A stretch of 64,000 nt of DNA, taken from Tubiluchus corallicola. Its lineage: Eukaryota; Animalia; Priapulida. The stretch covers positions 124,001 through 188,000 of the forward strand of contig JAQGDQ010000173.1 of NCBI GenBank assembly GCA_030141605.1, given 5' to 3'. This document shows, piece after piece, positions 1 to 12,195 of the stretch. Position 1 is the first letter of the stretch. Each line of letters starts with the position of its first letter. Position numbers and translations under genes: made by a program. The notes under the pieces are model-generated. The model ran no database searches. It had not been told where the DNA came from and saw only the letters and a program-made list of their open reading frames with translations.

Positions 1-365
1 TGGTGGTGACCTGTCATCATGATTTGTGCGTGATTTGGTTTAAAGTGAGGAAGGGAATGCACCAGGTCGCCAGCCCCACTCTCTCCACGCCAGGTGGTGA
101 CCTGTCATCATGACTTGTGCGTGACTTGGTTTAAAGTGAGGGAGGGATTGCACCAGGTCACCAGCCTCACTTTCTCCACGCCAGGTGGTGACCTGTCATC
201 ATGACTTGTGCGTGACTTGGTTTAAAGTGAGGGAGGGATTGCACCAGGTCACCAGCCTCACTCTCTCCACGCCAGGTGGTGACCTGTCCTCATGACTTGT
301 GCGTGACTTGGTTTAAAGTGAGGGAGGGATTGCACCAGGTCACCAGCCTCACTTTCTCCACGCCA
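1..365. repeat. Minisatellite of about 91-bp units (at least 4, truncated by the window edge), continuous with the adjacent retroelement fragment
   Basis: Unit ccaggtggtgacctgtcatcatgacttgtgcgtgacttggtttaaagtgagggagggattgcaccaggtcaccagcctcactctctccacg. Confidence 0.9.
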
Positions 366-640
366 GAAGTATGATCCATGGGAAAGGCAGATCCAGTACA
401 TCTGGTACTTCAGGCGTCGCAGGAGTTGTCGGAATCATGGTGCTATGCAACATGACCTGCTTATAGGAACTCCAGCTCCGGATTTTTCCTTGGGGTTTAC
501 TCCCGAAGCCTTTCCCACGGAGAGTATAACCACAAGGCAGTGGAGGTTTGCGATCAATGTTTTCCTTCACCTAGATGGATTGCCGGCCAAGGCTAAGGAG
601 CTCCATCTACCTCAAACCTGGTATGGAGACGATACCAAAC
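366..640 (-). mobile_element. Probable RTE-type retroelement 5'UTR fragment
   Basis: GC-rich island. The reverse strand reads ggcaatccatctaggtgaaggaaaac and ggagtaaaccc..aaatccggagctggag..gattccgacaactcctgc, collinear with the SINE body. The RTE assignment rests on recalled 5'UTR motifs. Confidence 0.55.
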
Positions 641-693
641 ATTAAAGTACTGAGTATATCAATGTAACTTATGTTTTCTGTTGCTTTACTCAC

Positions 694-3600
694 CGAAAAT
701 ATCGTCTAACGTAAAATGTTACCCAAAAGCGCATATCGTTTACTCTTCCTAGAAGGTTAATTTGAATGATAGTTCGGTAAGTGACAAGAAAACCCCTAGA
801 AATAATGAGTATAAAATCATGATAACATATAGAAAGACACATACCGCTAAATGCTTCAAGAAATTTTAACCATACTATATATAAAAGGCTGCCACTCATT
901 ACAAACCTTCACAATCTGGAAAACATCATGAATAATTAATCAAGTTTTCTAAATCATTTCAGATGCTATTCTTTATTGACCTTTGCCGCAATCAAAACAA
1001 TGTACTATTGACAACCAAGAACAAGAACATATCACCAAAAAACTTCATAATGCAACATATTTAAGATTTTTACTTACGAAACGACTAAGAACGTGTCAAC
1101 GGCTACGTCGCCATTTGCAATTATTTGGTACGGAATGTTGCCTAGTTTTTGGAAGATGGTCACCAAGTTGTCAACACTAGCTGCACAAAAAGTGCCCAAT
1201 AAAATTTAAGTATGTACATTCTTTGTTAAAACTACTTTACAAATCAACCTTTTAACAGTTATATTTTCAGTTTCTTAATATGTACAGATAAATACTTGCC
1301 TGAATGAATGCAGTTAATTGAGATAATAAAAATTTTACACTTTAGACAACCTAAATTACAGAAATTAGAACTACTCAGTGCATAAAAAACAGTTGGAAGC
1401 TGACGTTAACATCTGGTCAATAACAACAAATTCTTTTATGTAAATAAAACTAATATTTCGACAGTCAGGTCACTATCAATCGAAGCCATAATCACAGAAT
1501 AAAACAACTCATAATAATTCTTCTCACTGTGTAAAACTGTATTTAACCTGACTAAACTATATTAGTATTTACGTACATCCTGCTTCCAATGCGGGATCTT
1601 TTGGGACCCCTAAGCTAATGAAATTACGAGGCCCACTCAGACGTAGTCACCCTGTAACTCTCTCACACCAGTCTCTGAATCAACATATGGTTGTACTTGG
1701 TTTATTTTATATCTAATCAAGCTTATTTATGTAGAATTCCATGCTGAATACAGTTGAAATTTTTATGCGTAGCTGTCCTTTCATTTATATATTTGTGTAA
1801 GTTTTTTTTATTTCTCTGTATTTCAAACCTTTGATCTATTTAGTTTGAGAAATGTTACGGATTGCAATAATGTATATTCATTGCCCGATGTGCATATAAA
1901 GCAAATTTTATTAGTTTTGTTTTTTGGTTTATGATTACGTAACATGCACTACAAAAAGTTAAAGAATCTTACCTAACTTAATTAGGTAATTAATTAACTA
2001 TAATTAATCCTATTTAGCTTTACTCCAAATTTATGAGTGCTTTAGAATAGGTTTCACTTAAATGACACTTTTAATATTTCAGTGTTCTGATACGTAGTGT
2101 TTTGAATATGAACAATAAATCTTTAAATAAACTAGAATAGCCGTCTTTTATTCGTCAATGAAAATGATTCTCAAGAAATACAGCTATTTTACTATTTATT
2201 ACAAATCAAATTACGGCATATTTCATAAAAAAAACGTAGTGAGAAAAACCGATTTTTTTTAGCAAATGTTACCAAAGCTCAGGCCCTATTTCAGGGGGGG
2301 GGAAGTGGGGATACTTCCCCGTGGCCTCACCCTCCAGGGGGGCCTCGTGCCGAGGTAACATTTTTTTGCTTTATGCGAACATACTACTGCGAACAATGGT
2401 TACAAGCGTAGCATAATTATTGTACATTGACATTTCGTAAAAAACTTACTGATATAATACAGGTTTGTATGAATTAGTACAATCCACGCTGCACTTGGGC
2501 TGTAGCTGTAGGGTAATCTGGCCCTGCCTGCTTCTTGATTCGTCAATGGTTACACGCGTAGCATAATTATTGTATATTAACATTTCGTAAAAAAACTTAC
2601 TGATATAATACAGGTTTGTATGAATTAGTACAATCCACGCTGCACTTATGCACCGGATCCCATTAAGCGAAGAAAATTCACCAACGTTGCAGCTTGTATC
2701 TATCAAATCCATGCTGTTAATCTTCAAAGAAAAAGCATCCAACAGCGGACCATCATCTTGTAGAACTACATTGTTACCTTTTGGAAAAAACACATTTTTC
2801 ACAGCTAAAAACACGCTAATTTTTTGGCATTATGATATAAAAAAAATTTAAAAGTGAAAGTTCCAAAAAGTTTTTGTTATGACTAATATTATAGCAGATA
2901 AAGACTGACTTCCATAACGATACGATGGCGCAGTAAAACAAATAATCCAGTACAATATGCAAATATAAGAACCTAGTATAGCAACTGCATGCGTGAAGTT
3001 TGCGTTAATGCAAAAATAGTATGAATTTGTAAACTTACTGCTAGGAGGTTTTATGTAATTATCTTCAGTCAGCTCAGGAAGTCTCCCAGTCATTATTGCA
3101 TTTCCACGTTGGTGATTCGCCATCTTTTCACTGACAAATGCAACTCCATCACTTTTCTCTAGAATGTTTTGCTCGCTGTTATCATCCTGCAGAAATTATT
3201 CAAATGATCAAAACATTTTATATAAAGACATAGCTAAATAAAGCTTGGGGCTGGTTTCACAAAGCCATTACTACGTTAACGACGTCGTTATTACATTCAC
3301 TTAACTATTAATAATGACGTTGATAAGTTTGTGTGACGGCTTTGCGAAACTGAGTCCTGGTCTTTAGTCATTTGTAGATTTTTATGATCGAACTGTTGTT
3401 GAACCAGGGTTAATGGTTTATGTATAACCAACAACTAACTTAATGACTGATTAGCTAGATGAGGAAGTCAGTGAAAAATTGTCAGGCAGCTAGGATTTGA
3501 ACCCAGAACTCTACGATTACATGTTGTACCCTTTGTCATCTGAGCCATCACCCCCGCATAGAGCACGTCTGAAATTTTGTCTAAGTAGCACCAATCCACC

Positions 3601-6435
3601 AGTCACATAGCTACATACACAATAAAAGACAAAGCCACCTAACCACATTAGGTGTCCTTAAAAACAATTGCTTTTTCAAGTGTGACCTTCAGTCAATCTT
3701 ATAATCTAAATATTTATATTTATTATAATAAACGTATACAAAATCTCCAGTTTTTGTGCACAGTAGAGGTACGACTTTCAACACATTGGTTAATACATCT
3801 CAAACAACAGCTTTAACGAGTTCCAAGGAATGATTTTATGGAGAAAGGTCGCAATCCAATTCGCCAGTTAGGGATACATCCATCGACTATTCAAGTTCCT
3901 CTAATATGGCATGTAACTAATACACAGAAATACACTTGAATACAATGTTTTAAATATAGCAGTTACCAAAGCTTGCATAGCCAGCTCTTTTTCATACTTT
4001 TTGCACTTGGTTGAGCAAGGGAGTGTAGCCGCTACTAAAAAACTCACTAATCCTATGATCCAAATTCTGAAATTCAAACATATTAAACAATGAGAAAAAA
4101 AATGTGAGCCATATGCTTACAAAATAAATCATTGATGTGTATAGTATAGTTACTAGGGGTGAGCATTCTCTAGCAGAAAGCGAATTCGAATCGAAGCGAA
4201 TTTGTGACTTTCAAATTCGAATCGAACCAAACTTCAGTGTTTCGAATTCGAACCGAATTCGAATTGAGATCCAACGATTTTCGAACAAGTTTTCGAACCA
4301 CCAGCAAAAATTAGTCTTACAAAAATCATGCATATCACTAGAATTTGTTCTGCAGTAAAACGACTAGTAATTTGTTTAAAATTGTGTGCAGAAATCACAG
4401 CTAAATTATGCTAATTGCATGATGTTTCAATCGTTTCAGTGATAAAGAACATGTGTGATTGAAGTGCTGAATTATTCGAATCTATAGTTTTGGATTCGAA
4501 TCGAGTTCGAACTAAAAAAACTCGTTCGAATCGAATTCGAGCGTTCGAATTCGATTCGAACGTTCGAACTTGAACGTTCGATGCTCACCCCTAATAGTTA
4601 CGTGTAAGTATTACCTCATGTGCTTTGAGGATGTGAATCTGAAGTCACGGCCTAAGATGACAATTTTCACAATATTAAAATAGTGAACAGAAAAAAAGAT
4701 CAATCTCATTTTACCCTTGAAATTTGTTTCAAAACAAATTTTTGCCATTCAGTCTTAGTTCTTGCTCTCGTAGGTACTAAATTTTCTTGGCATTGATATT
4801 GCTTTGATTTCAAAGTTTGACCTTCCCATTTATTCTCCTTTATGCAAAATACATTTTTGATCTTAATTCCACATATCATTCACGATGTTCATTGCACAAT
4901 CCACAATTTCATTCACAATGCACAATTTTGGTTTATATTCAGTGCACTAAACTTACATTGCAATATAGTCTCCTGCTTTTAGGGGCGTCTTTTGTTGAAA
5001 ACAAGCCGTGTCTTTGGTTACATTTATATTCAGTACGTCTACAGCATCATTTAATGCTGACAGTCCTAAAATAATGTCAGAAAAAGATTCAGAAAAGCTA
5101 TTGTCATACATTTTTAATATTTGCAAAGCGCTTACCCTAACTTGATGTAGGTTTTACTCGACATTACACATGTAACAATACCATAGATATGGTTTGTGTA
5201 GATCAAAGATCTCGGTGATTGCTTTGCAGTGTTCTGCATGCTAGACTGTCTTACCTTGTCTTATATTTAGATTTTGCACAGAAACATTTTTAAAAACACT
5301 TCAGCATTGATCCTTAGAAATAAATGTACTTGGGGCATTGTGGCGAGCAGGGAGTCCTGGCATGGGGAGGTGAGCAGAATCATGTCACTGGACGTGTGAT
5401 TCATTGGATGATGATAGACTGTCGTCTTGCTGTCCTGATGGTCTTTGTTTAAGTTCCTAATTAGTTTAATAAATATTACTTTATTATGCACGCATTTGTC
5501 TGGTTGCTAATATTATTGTAGCGTGTAACAACGCAGACTGATCAACACAACCCAAATCATATGCTTTCTTTTATCCTTAGAAATTTTTATAAGTGTGCTA
5601 TACTCCTCAGAATGGGAAAAATAACCACTACACTAATCTCTCCATTTTTTCTACTAACATACTAACCATAAGCTTTAAATATTTACAAAATTTTAATCAT
5701 AAACTGTCATAATTATCTTCTTAAACGTCATCATATTGCCATCTGGGTGGCCCTTATAGTTATAAGCTGTGGCTTCCCCGGTCTCCCTGAAACATATATA
5801 AGCTAATATTGTTGTTTATGTTAATAAGTTGACAAACGCATACATTATTGGTAATATTTATTTTATGTACCATCTTCTGAAATCTGTTGTAAAATTGTAG
5901 TTATGTTAACTCAAATAAACTGAAATTAAATTGAAAGTAAAAACCTGGTGACCTTGTCACTGCCAAACTTTAAAAACCTTTATTGAAGTACACAGTAAGC
6001 AAACTTTAATCTCCACAAATGCCATGGTTTTAACTATGTCATCATTGTTGCTGCTGTGCCTGTACGTCCTAAAACATGGCCATGTCGCAAATGTTGTCTT
6101 CAAGCACTCCAGGTCGCTGCTACTGCCTCATACAGAGAACTGTATTTTTGTGAAATCCTTTTGCATATATCCATGCATGTCAGTAGCTGGCTTCTCTCGT
6201 TTTTCATTGTTGTTGTTGTTGTTGCCGTTGCTGTTGTAGTGCTTTGCTGTTGCCGTTACTGTTACTGCTGCTGCCATTAGTGCTTTGTAGTTGCCTTTAC
6301 TGATGCTGTTGTTGTTGTTGTTGCTGCTGCTGTTGTCATTGTCGTTGTTGTTGTTACTGTTGCTGTTGTAGTGCTTTGCTGTTGCCGTTACTGTTACTGC
6401 TGCTGCCAGTAGTGTTTTGCAGTTGCCTTTACTGA

Positions 6436-6475
<40 letters not shown>

Positions 6476-9400
6476 GCTGCTGCTGCTGTTGTTGTTTCAT
6501 CATAGTCATTGTCGTCGTCATCGTGGTTGTTGTTACTGCTGCTGCCGGTAGTGCTATTGCAGTTGCAGCTGCTGCTGTTGTTGTCATAGACAGCATAAAG
6601 ATCAGATACGGGGCACCTCTCAACTCAATGAATAAGAGCTTTACAAGTAATGCTATGGGAAGAGGAGATTCCTGATGCGGTGTAAGCACATATCTCATCC
6701 AGCATGGTTTCTTGGATTTGCTTCCAAGACTCTGCTACAGTTCATCACAGGCTATTCCTTCAGGCTACGTGATGCCTAACAGCTTCCTATAGAGACGTCT
6801 TTGAAAAACACCTATGTCCTATTGCTGTTTAGCCTTTATTGTCCCTGGTTCAGGATTGTATAAAAATATGTGTTCAACTAAAGTAAATAAGATCCGCACT
6901 TTGGTGTGAAGCGTCTGTTGTTTTTGAGAACATCATGAGATCTGAATAAGGTTTTTGCACCTGAACAAAAAGTTGTGGCAAACAACGCCTGAATTTTCCT
7001 TTGTTGTACATCTGTGTCAGCGTCTGACAAGCTAGCAATTTCCAAAATCTCATTGAGTCAGAAGATCCACAAATAGCAAAGCAGTTGTTGGAATTTGTTG
7101 AAATAGCAATGGAAACAAGAAAACCTAGAGGCGTCGTGCTGAAAATTTAGCCAAAATGATAATAGTCATTATGAAGCATTAAGGTTGATCACGTTACTTG
7201 TCTTGCACAGTGATATTCATTTGTGCCAATCTATCCAGAGAGAGTGGACATTGAGGAAACAACGAAAACAACTAGCACAATATTTGCATTTTCTCCACGA
7301 TTTGTCATCTCCATGCTCAATGTAACATTGTTCCGTCATTGACCTTGAGACTATATTTTTGTGCTATTAGTTATAAGTTGTAGTTTTTAAGTGACATCAT
7401 CTGCATACAGCATTAAGAGACGGAGACGAAGGACTCCCAAATGCGTAATTCAGTTTATCTAGTAAATATAATGATTAACTATACGACAATCTTTGAAAAA
7501 CCTGCAGACAACTTGTCAATTTGAGAAACTTTGAGAAAGAACATGAGAGAGAAACTTTGAAAAGCCTAATCTGAACAAACATTACCAAATTCCAATTTAT
7601 GTAAATATTTTGATGATATTTTTCTAAAAATTATTCTGAAGCTATTTAATTTTAGTAAAAATTAATAATAAACTTGTATTTAAAAGCATTTTTGTACTTA
7701 TAAAAATCTAGGCTTGTTTTTAATATATTTTTGTGACTAATTTGAGCATTATTTTTATACAAAAACTGTACTAGCACTTGCAAAACATCACAACTGCAAT
7801 ACACTGTTACAATATTTGGCAGGTCTACAAAAACAACAAAATACCATTTTTTACTTTGGACCAGCTTTCGCACTCACATGTCATGTCATCTTTATATTCT
7901 TATCATATCTCTAGTGTCCAAAGGCAATAATATAAAGGGCAGTTTGTATAAGTTTTGGTTTAAAAGGTTGTATAAAAAATTTCATTTGAACATTAGCGCA
8001 TAATTATCATAATTTATGGTATTAGTAAGTGACCTACTTACCATAATTTAATACTGTATTGATATCAGGGCCTGTACACGTTTCAGGCACACATATCCCA
8101 AGCAGAATTCTTCCTACAAAGGAAAGACAATAATTTGCATCGTAAGGTGCTCCACTGCCTTCCGTGACCCGAAAACATTCGTCTATGACTCCATACCAGA
8201 ATATGTTGCCGGATGTGATTCCGATCCCTAGTTTTCCTATTGCATCAAGAACTAAAAAAAATATCCCACACACAATGAAAATTTGCAAATACAGTGTATG
8301 TGCTGTATATATAATTATAATAAAAAGTAGCAATTTTCCGCATATGTATGTACAAAATTTTGAAATTTTTTTTTCAAAATCACAACCATCATTTTAAACC
8401 ATGATAAGCTTGCTTAAACAATTATTAGTTTACAATAGGTAAAGTTAAAAACTTAAAATGGACCCAAGATTTTGAAAAATTATGTTGAAAATCTGGCTTA
8501 CAGTTTTGTTTACAAGTTAAGTATGTGGTTAAGTAAAAAGTGGCTATGTAAATGCCACCAAGTTGGCAGATTTTTTATGATTATAAATCAAACACACATG
8601 TACACAACAGTCACAATTGCTCACAATTTTCTGCACATGAAACCTGTTTTGTTCTTGCTCGTGAGTTGGATTTTGTTGCTTTTGTGTGATATAATTTTTG
8701 CCGTAAGTGAATCTTGTTTTGCTTTGCTTTCGATAATTTCTTTTGTTTTCAGTTGAATTGCATTTGCTTTATAAAATTTTTGCCTTGAGTTTGATTTTGT
8801 TGCTTTTGTGTGATATAATTTTTGCCCTACGCTGAATTCTGTTTTGCTTTGGTTTTGACAAATTCTTTTACTTTCAGTTGAATTGTTTTTGCTTTATAAA
8901 ATTTTCGCTTTGAGTTTCATTTTGTTTGATATAATTTTTTGCTACGAGTTAAATTCCGTTTTGCGTTGCTTGTGAAAACTTCCTTTTATTCTGAGTGGAA
9001 TTGCATTTTTGCTTCGAGTAGATTTTTGTTGTTTTTTTTGTTTGATGTTATTTTTTCTCGACATTGAATTTCATTAATTTTTTGCTTGATGTTATGCTTT
9101 GAATTGCATTTCTGCTTTGAGTTGATTTTTGTTGCTTTTGCCTTTTATACATGCACAAACACCTAAAAATATCATGAGCCTGTGAGTAAACTTGTATTTT
9201 TAATAAGGGGCAGCTGACCAAGTGACCAATAGGTCTTTCGCTGCTCCTTCTCAGTTGCAATGAAATGTAAAAATAATTATGACGAATTTTAACTGCTATT
9301 GAGAAAATAAAAATTGAATTGAAAATTGAATTGTTTAATAGGTGAAAGACCACCACACATACAACACTATTCTCACGTAAAGCTGAAAAAGTTATTAAAG

Positions 9401-10291
9401 TAAAATTAAGTACTAAGCATACTTCATCATATGTATAAACATAATGCTACATACTTTTAATTGCCCACATTTCACCACTTCTCAACCCTTCATCATATGT
9501 ATAAACATAATGCTACATACTTTTAATAGCCCACATCTCAACCCTTCATCATATGTATAAACATAATGCTACATACTTTTAATAGCCCACATCTCAACCC
9601 TTCATCATATGTATAAACATAATGCTACATACTTTTAATAGCCCACATTTCACCACTTCACAACCCTTCATCATATGTATAAACATAATGCTACATACTT
9701 TTAATTGCCCACATTTCACCACTTCTCAACCCTTCATCATATGTATAAACATAATGCTACATACTTTTAATAGCCCACATCTCAACCCTTCATCATATGT
9801 ATAAACATAATGCTACATACTTTTAATAGCCCACATCTCAACCCTTCATCATATGTATAAACATAATGCTACATACTTTTAATAGCCCACATTTCACCAC
9901 TTCACAACCCTTCATCATATGTATAAACATAATGCTACATACTTTTAATAGCCCACATTTCACCACTTCTCAACCCTTGCAAAAGAACAGCAAGATCTTG
10001 TAAGCAACTCAGAGAGATTGGTAGATCTACTTTACTCCCAGGATTGGCTTTGGCTTCAGTCACAATCTTTTGCACACCTTGTTTCAAAGCATTGTATGCC
10101 AACTCTCTATAGGAGTTCGATGCCAGGTGCATCACTACAGCCTCATTGTCGTCATTATTTTGCACTGACTGTGAGTACCAGTTCATTTCATGTTGCCTAA
10201 ACAGGCTCCACTGTTTATTAGATGAATATAACTGAGCAGCAATACATTGTAATAGTAGAAACACCAGCAACAGCACAACAATTTTATCCAT
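694..10291 (-). CDS. NRF-6 (nose resistant to fluoxetine 6)-like / acyltransferase-3 family multipass membrane protein, 5' part; continues past the left edge
   Basis: Phase-consistent GT-AG exons 10291-9943, 8251-8042, 5065-4957, 4066-3967, 3186-3039, 2804-2601, 1180-1078, 795-694. Signal peptide MDKIVVLLLVFLLLQCIAA; NRF domain CLQDL..WAIKILDAIGK..GNIFWYGVIDEC..YC..GICVPETC; TM segment IWIIGLVSFLVAAT; Acyl_transf_3 motifs LNGIRCISAAWIVLIHT, NGDVAVDTFLVVSGFLVTY and FYVRRYFR. Confidence 0.92.
2280..2527. mobile_element. Degenerate hAT-like MITE with a copy of flanking DNA inside
   Basis: Termini caggccctatt ... aatctggccctg; interior 2394-2496 duplicates 2544-2647; no clear TSD. Confidence 0.45.
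3247..3358. mobile_element. Small Harbinger-like MITE
   Basis: Imperfect TIRs ggggctggtttcacaaagcc / ggctttgcgaaactgagtcc. Confidence 0.45.
3485..3553 (-). pseudogene. tRNA-like pseudogene or tRNA-SINE head (TGT anticodon position, Thr-like)
   Basis: Reverse strand has A box tggctcagatg, B box ggttcaaatcc and a downstream T5; acceptor and anticodon stems pair poorly. Confidence 0.5.
4154..4593. mobile_element. hAT MITE
   Basis: TIR taggggtgagcat / atgctcaccccta, perfect 8-bp TSD atagttac, many subterminal TTCGAA motifs. Confidence 0.9.
6205..6590. repeat. Compound (GTT/GCT)n microsatellite with an internal duplication
   Basis: Triplet runs lying at the 3' end of the adjacent minus-strand LINE remnant. 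Confidence 0.85.
6600..7440 (-). mobile_element. Decayed RTE-clade LINE reverse transcriptase fragment
   Basis: Reverse-strand translation gives MLYADDVT (YADD motif) and TKVRILFTLVEHIFLYN..VFQRRLYRKLLGIT*P, with stops and frameshifts. Confidence 0.7.
8640..9140. repeat. Degenerate T-rich tandem repeat of about 125 bp
   Basis: Recurring tgagtt..gattttgttgcttttgtgtgatataatttttgc blocks. Confidence 0.6.
9423..9976. repeat. 66/56-bp minisatellite (9 units) spanning the NRF-6-like exon 1 / intron 1 junction
   Basis: Units start at 9423, 9489, 9545, 9601, 9667, 9733, 9789, 9845, 9911 (pattern L,S,S,L,L,S,S,L,L). Confidence 0.92.
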
Positions 10292-10509
10292 TTTGACACC
10301 TTTGTAGCACAGTTCTGTCCTTGGTCACATAAAATTGGTGTAATACAGAAAGTCAGCAGTATCAGAAAGTCGTGAATGTCATTCCCAGGATGGGAAATAT
10401 CAAGTTTCACCACATCAGTAAAAGCACTCTTTACAGATATATCTGCATATAAAATTTAACGAAAACTTCCAACTTTAATCAGTAAATTGTTTTTGGTTGC
10501 ATGATTGTT

Positions 10510-10842
10510 AGTTTCTCTGTGGAGAAGCTAAGAGTAGTTTCTCCTTAGAGAAGCTAAGAGTAGTTTCTCTGTAGAGTAGCTAAGAGTAGTTTCTCTGTAG
10601 AGAAGCTAAGAGCAGTTTCTCTGTAGAGTAGCTAAGAGTAGTTTCTCTGTAGAGAAGCTAAGAGTAGTTTCTCTGTAGAGAAGCTAAGAGCAGTTTCTCT
10701 GTAGAGAAGCTAAGAGTAGTTTCTCTGTAGAGTAGCTAAGAGTAGTTTCTCTGTAGAGAAGCTAAGAGCAGTTTCTCTGTAGAGAAGCTAAGAGTAGTTT
10801 CTCTGTAGAGAAGTTAAGAGTAGTATCTCGGTGGAGACGCTA
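10510..10842. repeat. 26-bp minisatellite (about 12 units) upstream of the NRF-6-like start
   Basis: Unit agtttctctgtagagaagctaagagt. Confidence 0.92.
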
Positions 10843-12195
10843 ACAGTTAATAAATATCTTAAGTTTGTAAACTTATAACAATATTAGTAAGCTAACCACT
10901 TAACTAGGCATTACAAACTAAGGTTAAAATATGTTAGCCAAACATTAGTATTTGTACAGAGATGACTACTGACTAGATTATTCTCGAAGCAGACTTTTCA
11001 CTTGTATAAACTTCATAAAGTACCAGTTTTGCAGGCATGTTTTTACCTTTGATACATCACTCACTGATCAACTAACCAACAGCTTGCTATATAATATACA
11101 CCATTTCAGCAATAATAAAATACATATATATGCACTGATTGTTGACTTAGAGATACACCATATTTATCTACATTTACTATCTAAATAAGCGGATCCATTT
11201 CTTAGAGTGGTTACCTGAATGGTAAATGCTAACTTTAGCAAAGACGACAAGCTTACTCAGCACCTTTTCACACCCTGTAACCGGGGTTAAATCTTGCAGG
11301 TTTTGTTTTGCATAAGCTGATACGATAATATAGTAAACAATAAACAACCTTTAACACTGGTAAATAAAATCCACTTTATTAAGGAATATAGTCACAGAAA
11401 TGCAGACATAAATACTGGCTATTACTGATTACGAAATAACAGCACCATTTTGGCATTATGCCAATTTAACTTCCGAACTGACTGAGTTTGTTTGTGCTAA
11501 AAAGCTGTTAGGTAATTGTGCAAAACCTTTCTAGGGTAAAAACGTAACTAAACTAAAAACACCCCCTAAAACTATAAATAAATCAGAAGAAATGCACCAG
11601 ATCATATAGCTGGACATACTTAGTTACCTTACAACTCCTGTAGTTCTGATTGAATATCTATTTGCATTAGATTCTGATTACATTACACTGTATTATTTTA
11701 ACGGAAGTGGTGCTGGCGTAGCAGTGTCTAGTTTTTTTGCTGGATTACTGTTGCGTTTACCTGTCCGAAGGCAGATTTCTTTTATTTTAGAATTCTGCCT
11801 GCCCAATGTCTACAATAGACGTGACGGGCATATGATGATGATGATGACATTGTATAACCGGCAAGACTATTTCTCTGCTGGTTATACAGTGTAACATGTC
11901 TATAGAATCTACAATGATTAGCGTAATTCTACACACCGCTTAGATGCTTACTGATCTATATTTGGAAATTTACTACAAACAACGAAAGAAATAAAAAAGC
12001 TGTTTAGCGGTTACTATTGCAGAGTACAAACTTTATGTAAGTTTTAACCGCCGCGAAACAAGAAAGACCAGACATTTTTAAACAGAACCTGAGAACCTGC
12101 TAACAATGTGATCAAAAATGATCAAACAAACACATTACACGATTGAGCTCTTGATTGTGACTTAAAATATGAAAAAAATGCGATCTGCAAGAAGC

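Noticed and set aside
4615-4651. 37-nt exon-like segment with the same phases as NRF-6-like exon 3
   Set aside because: No similarity to exon 3 and easily explained by chance; exon 5065-4957 fits the family pattern.
6429-6698. PolyQ/polyA/polyT ORF
   Set aside because: Translation of a triplet microsatellite at a LINE tail inside an intron.
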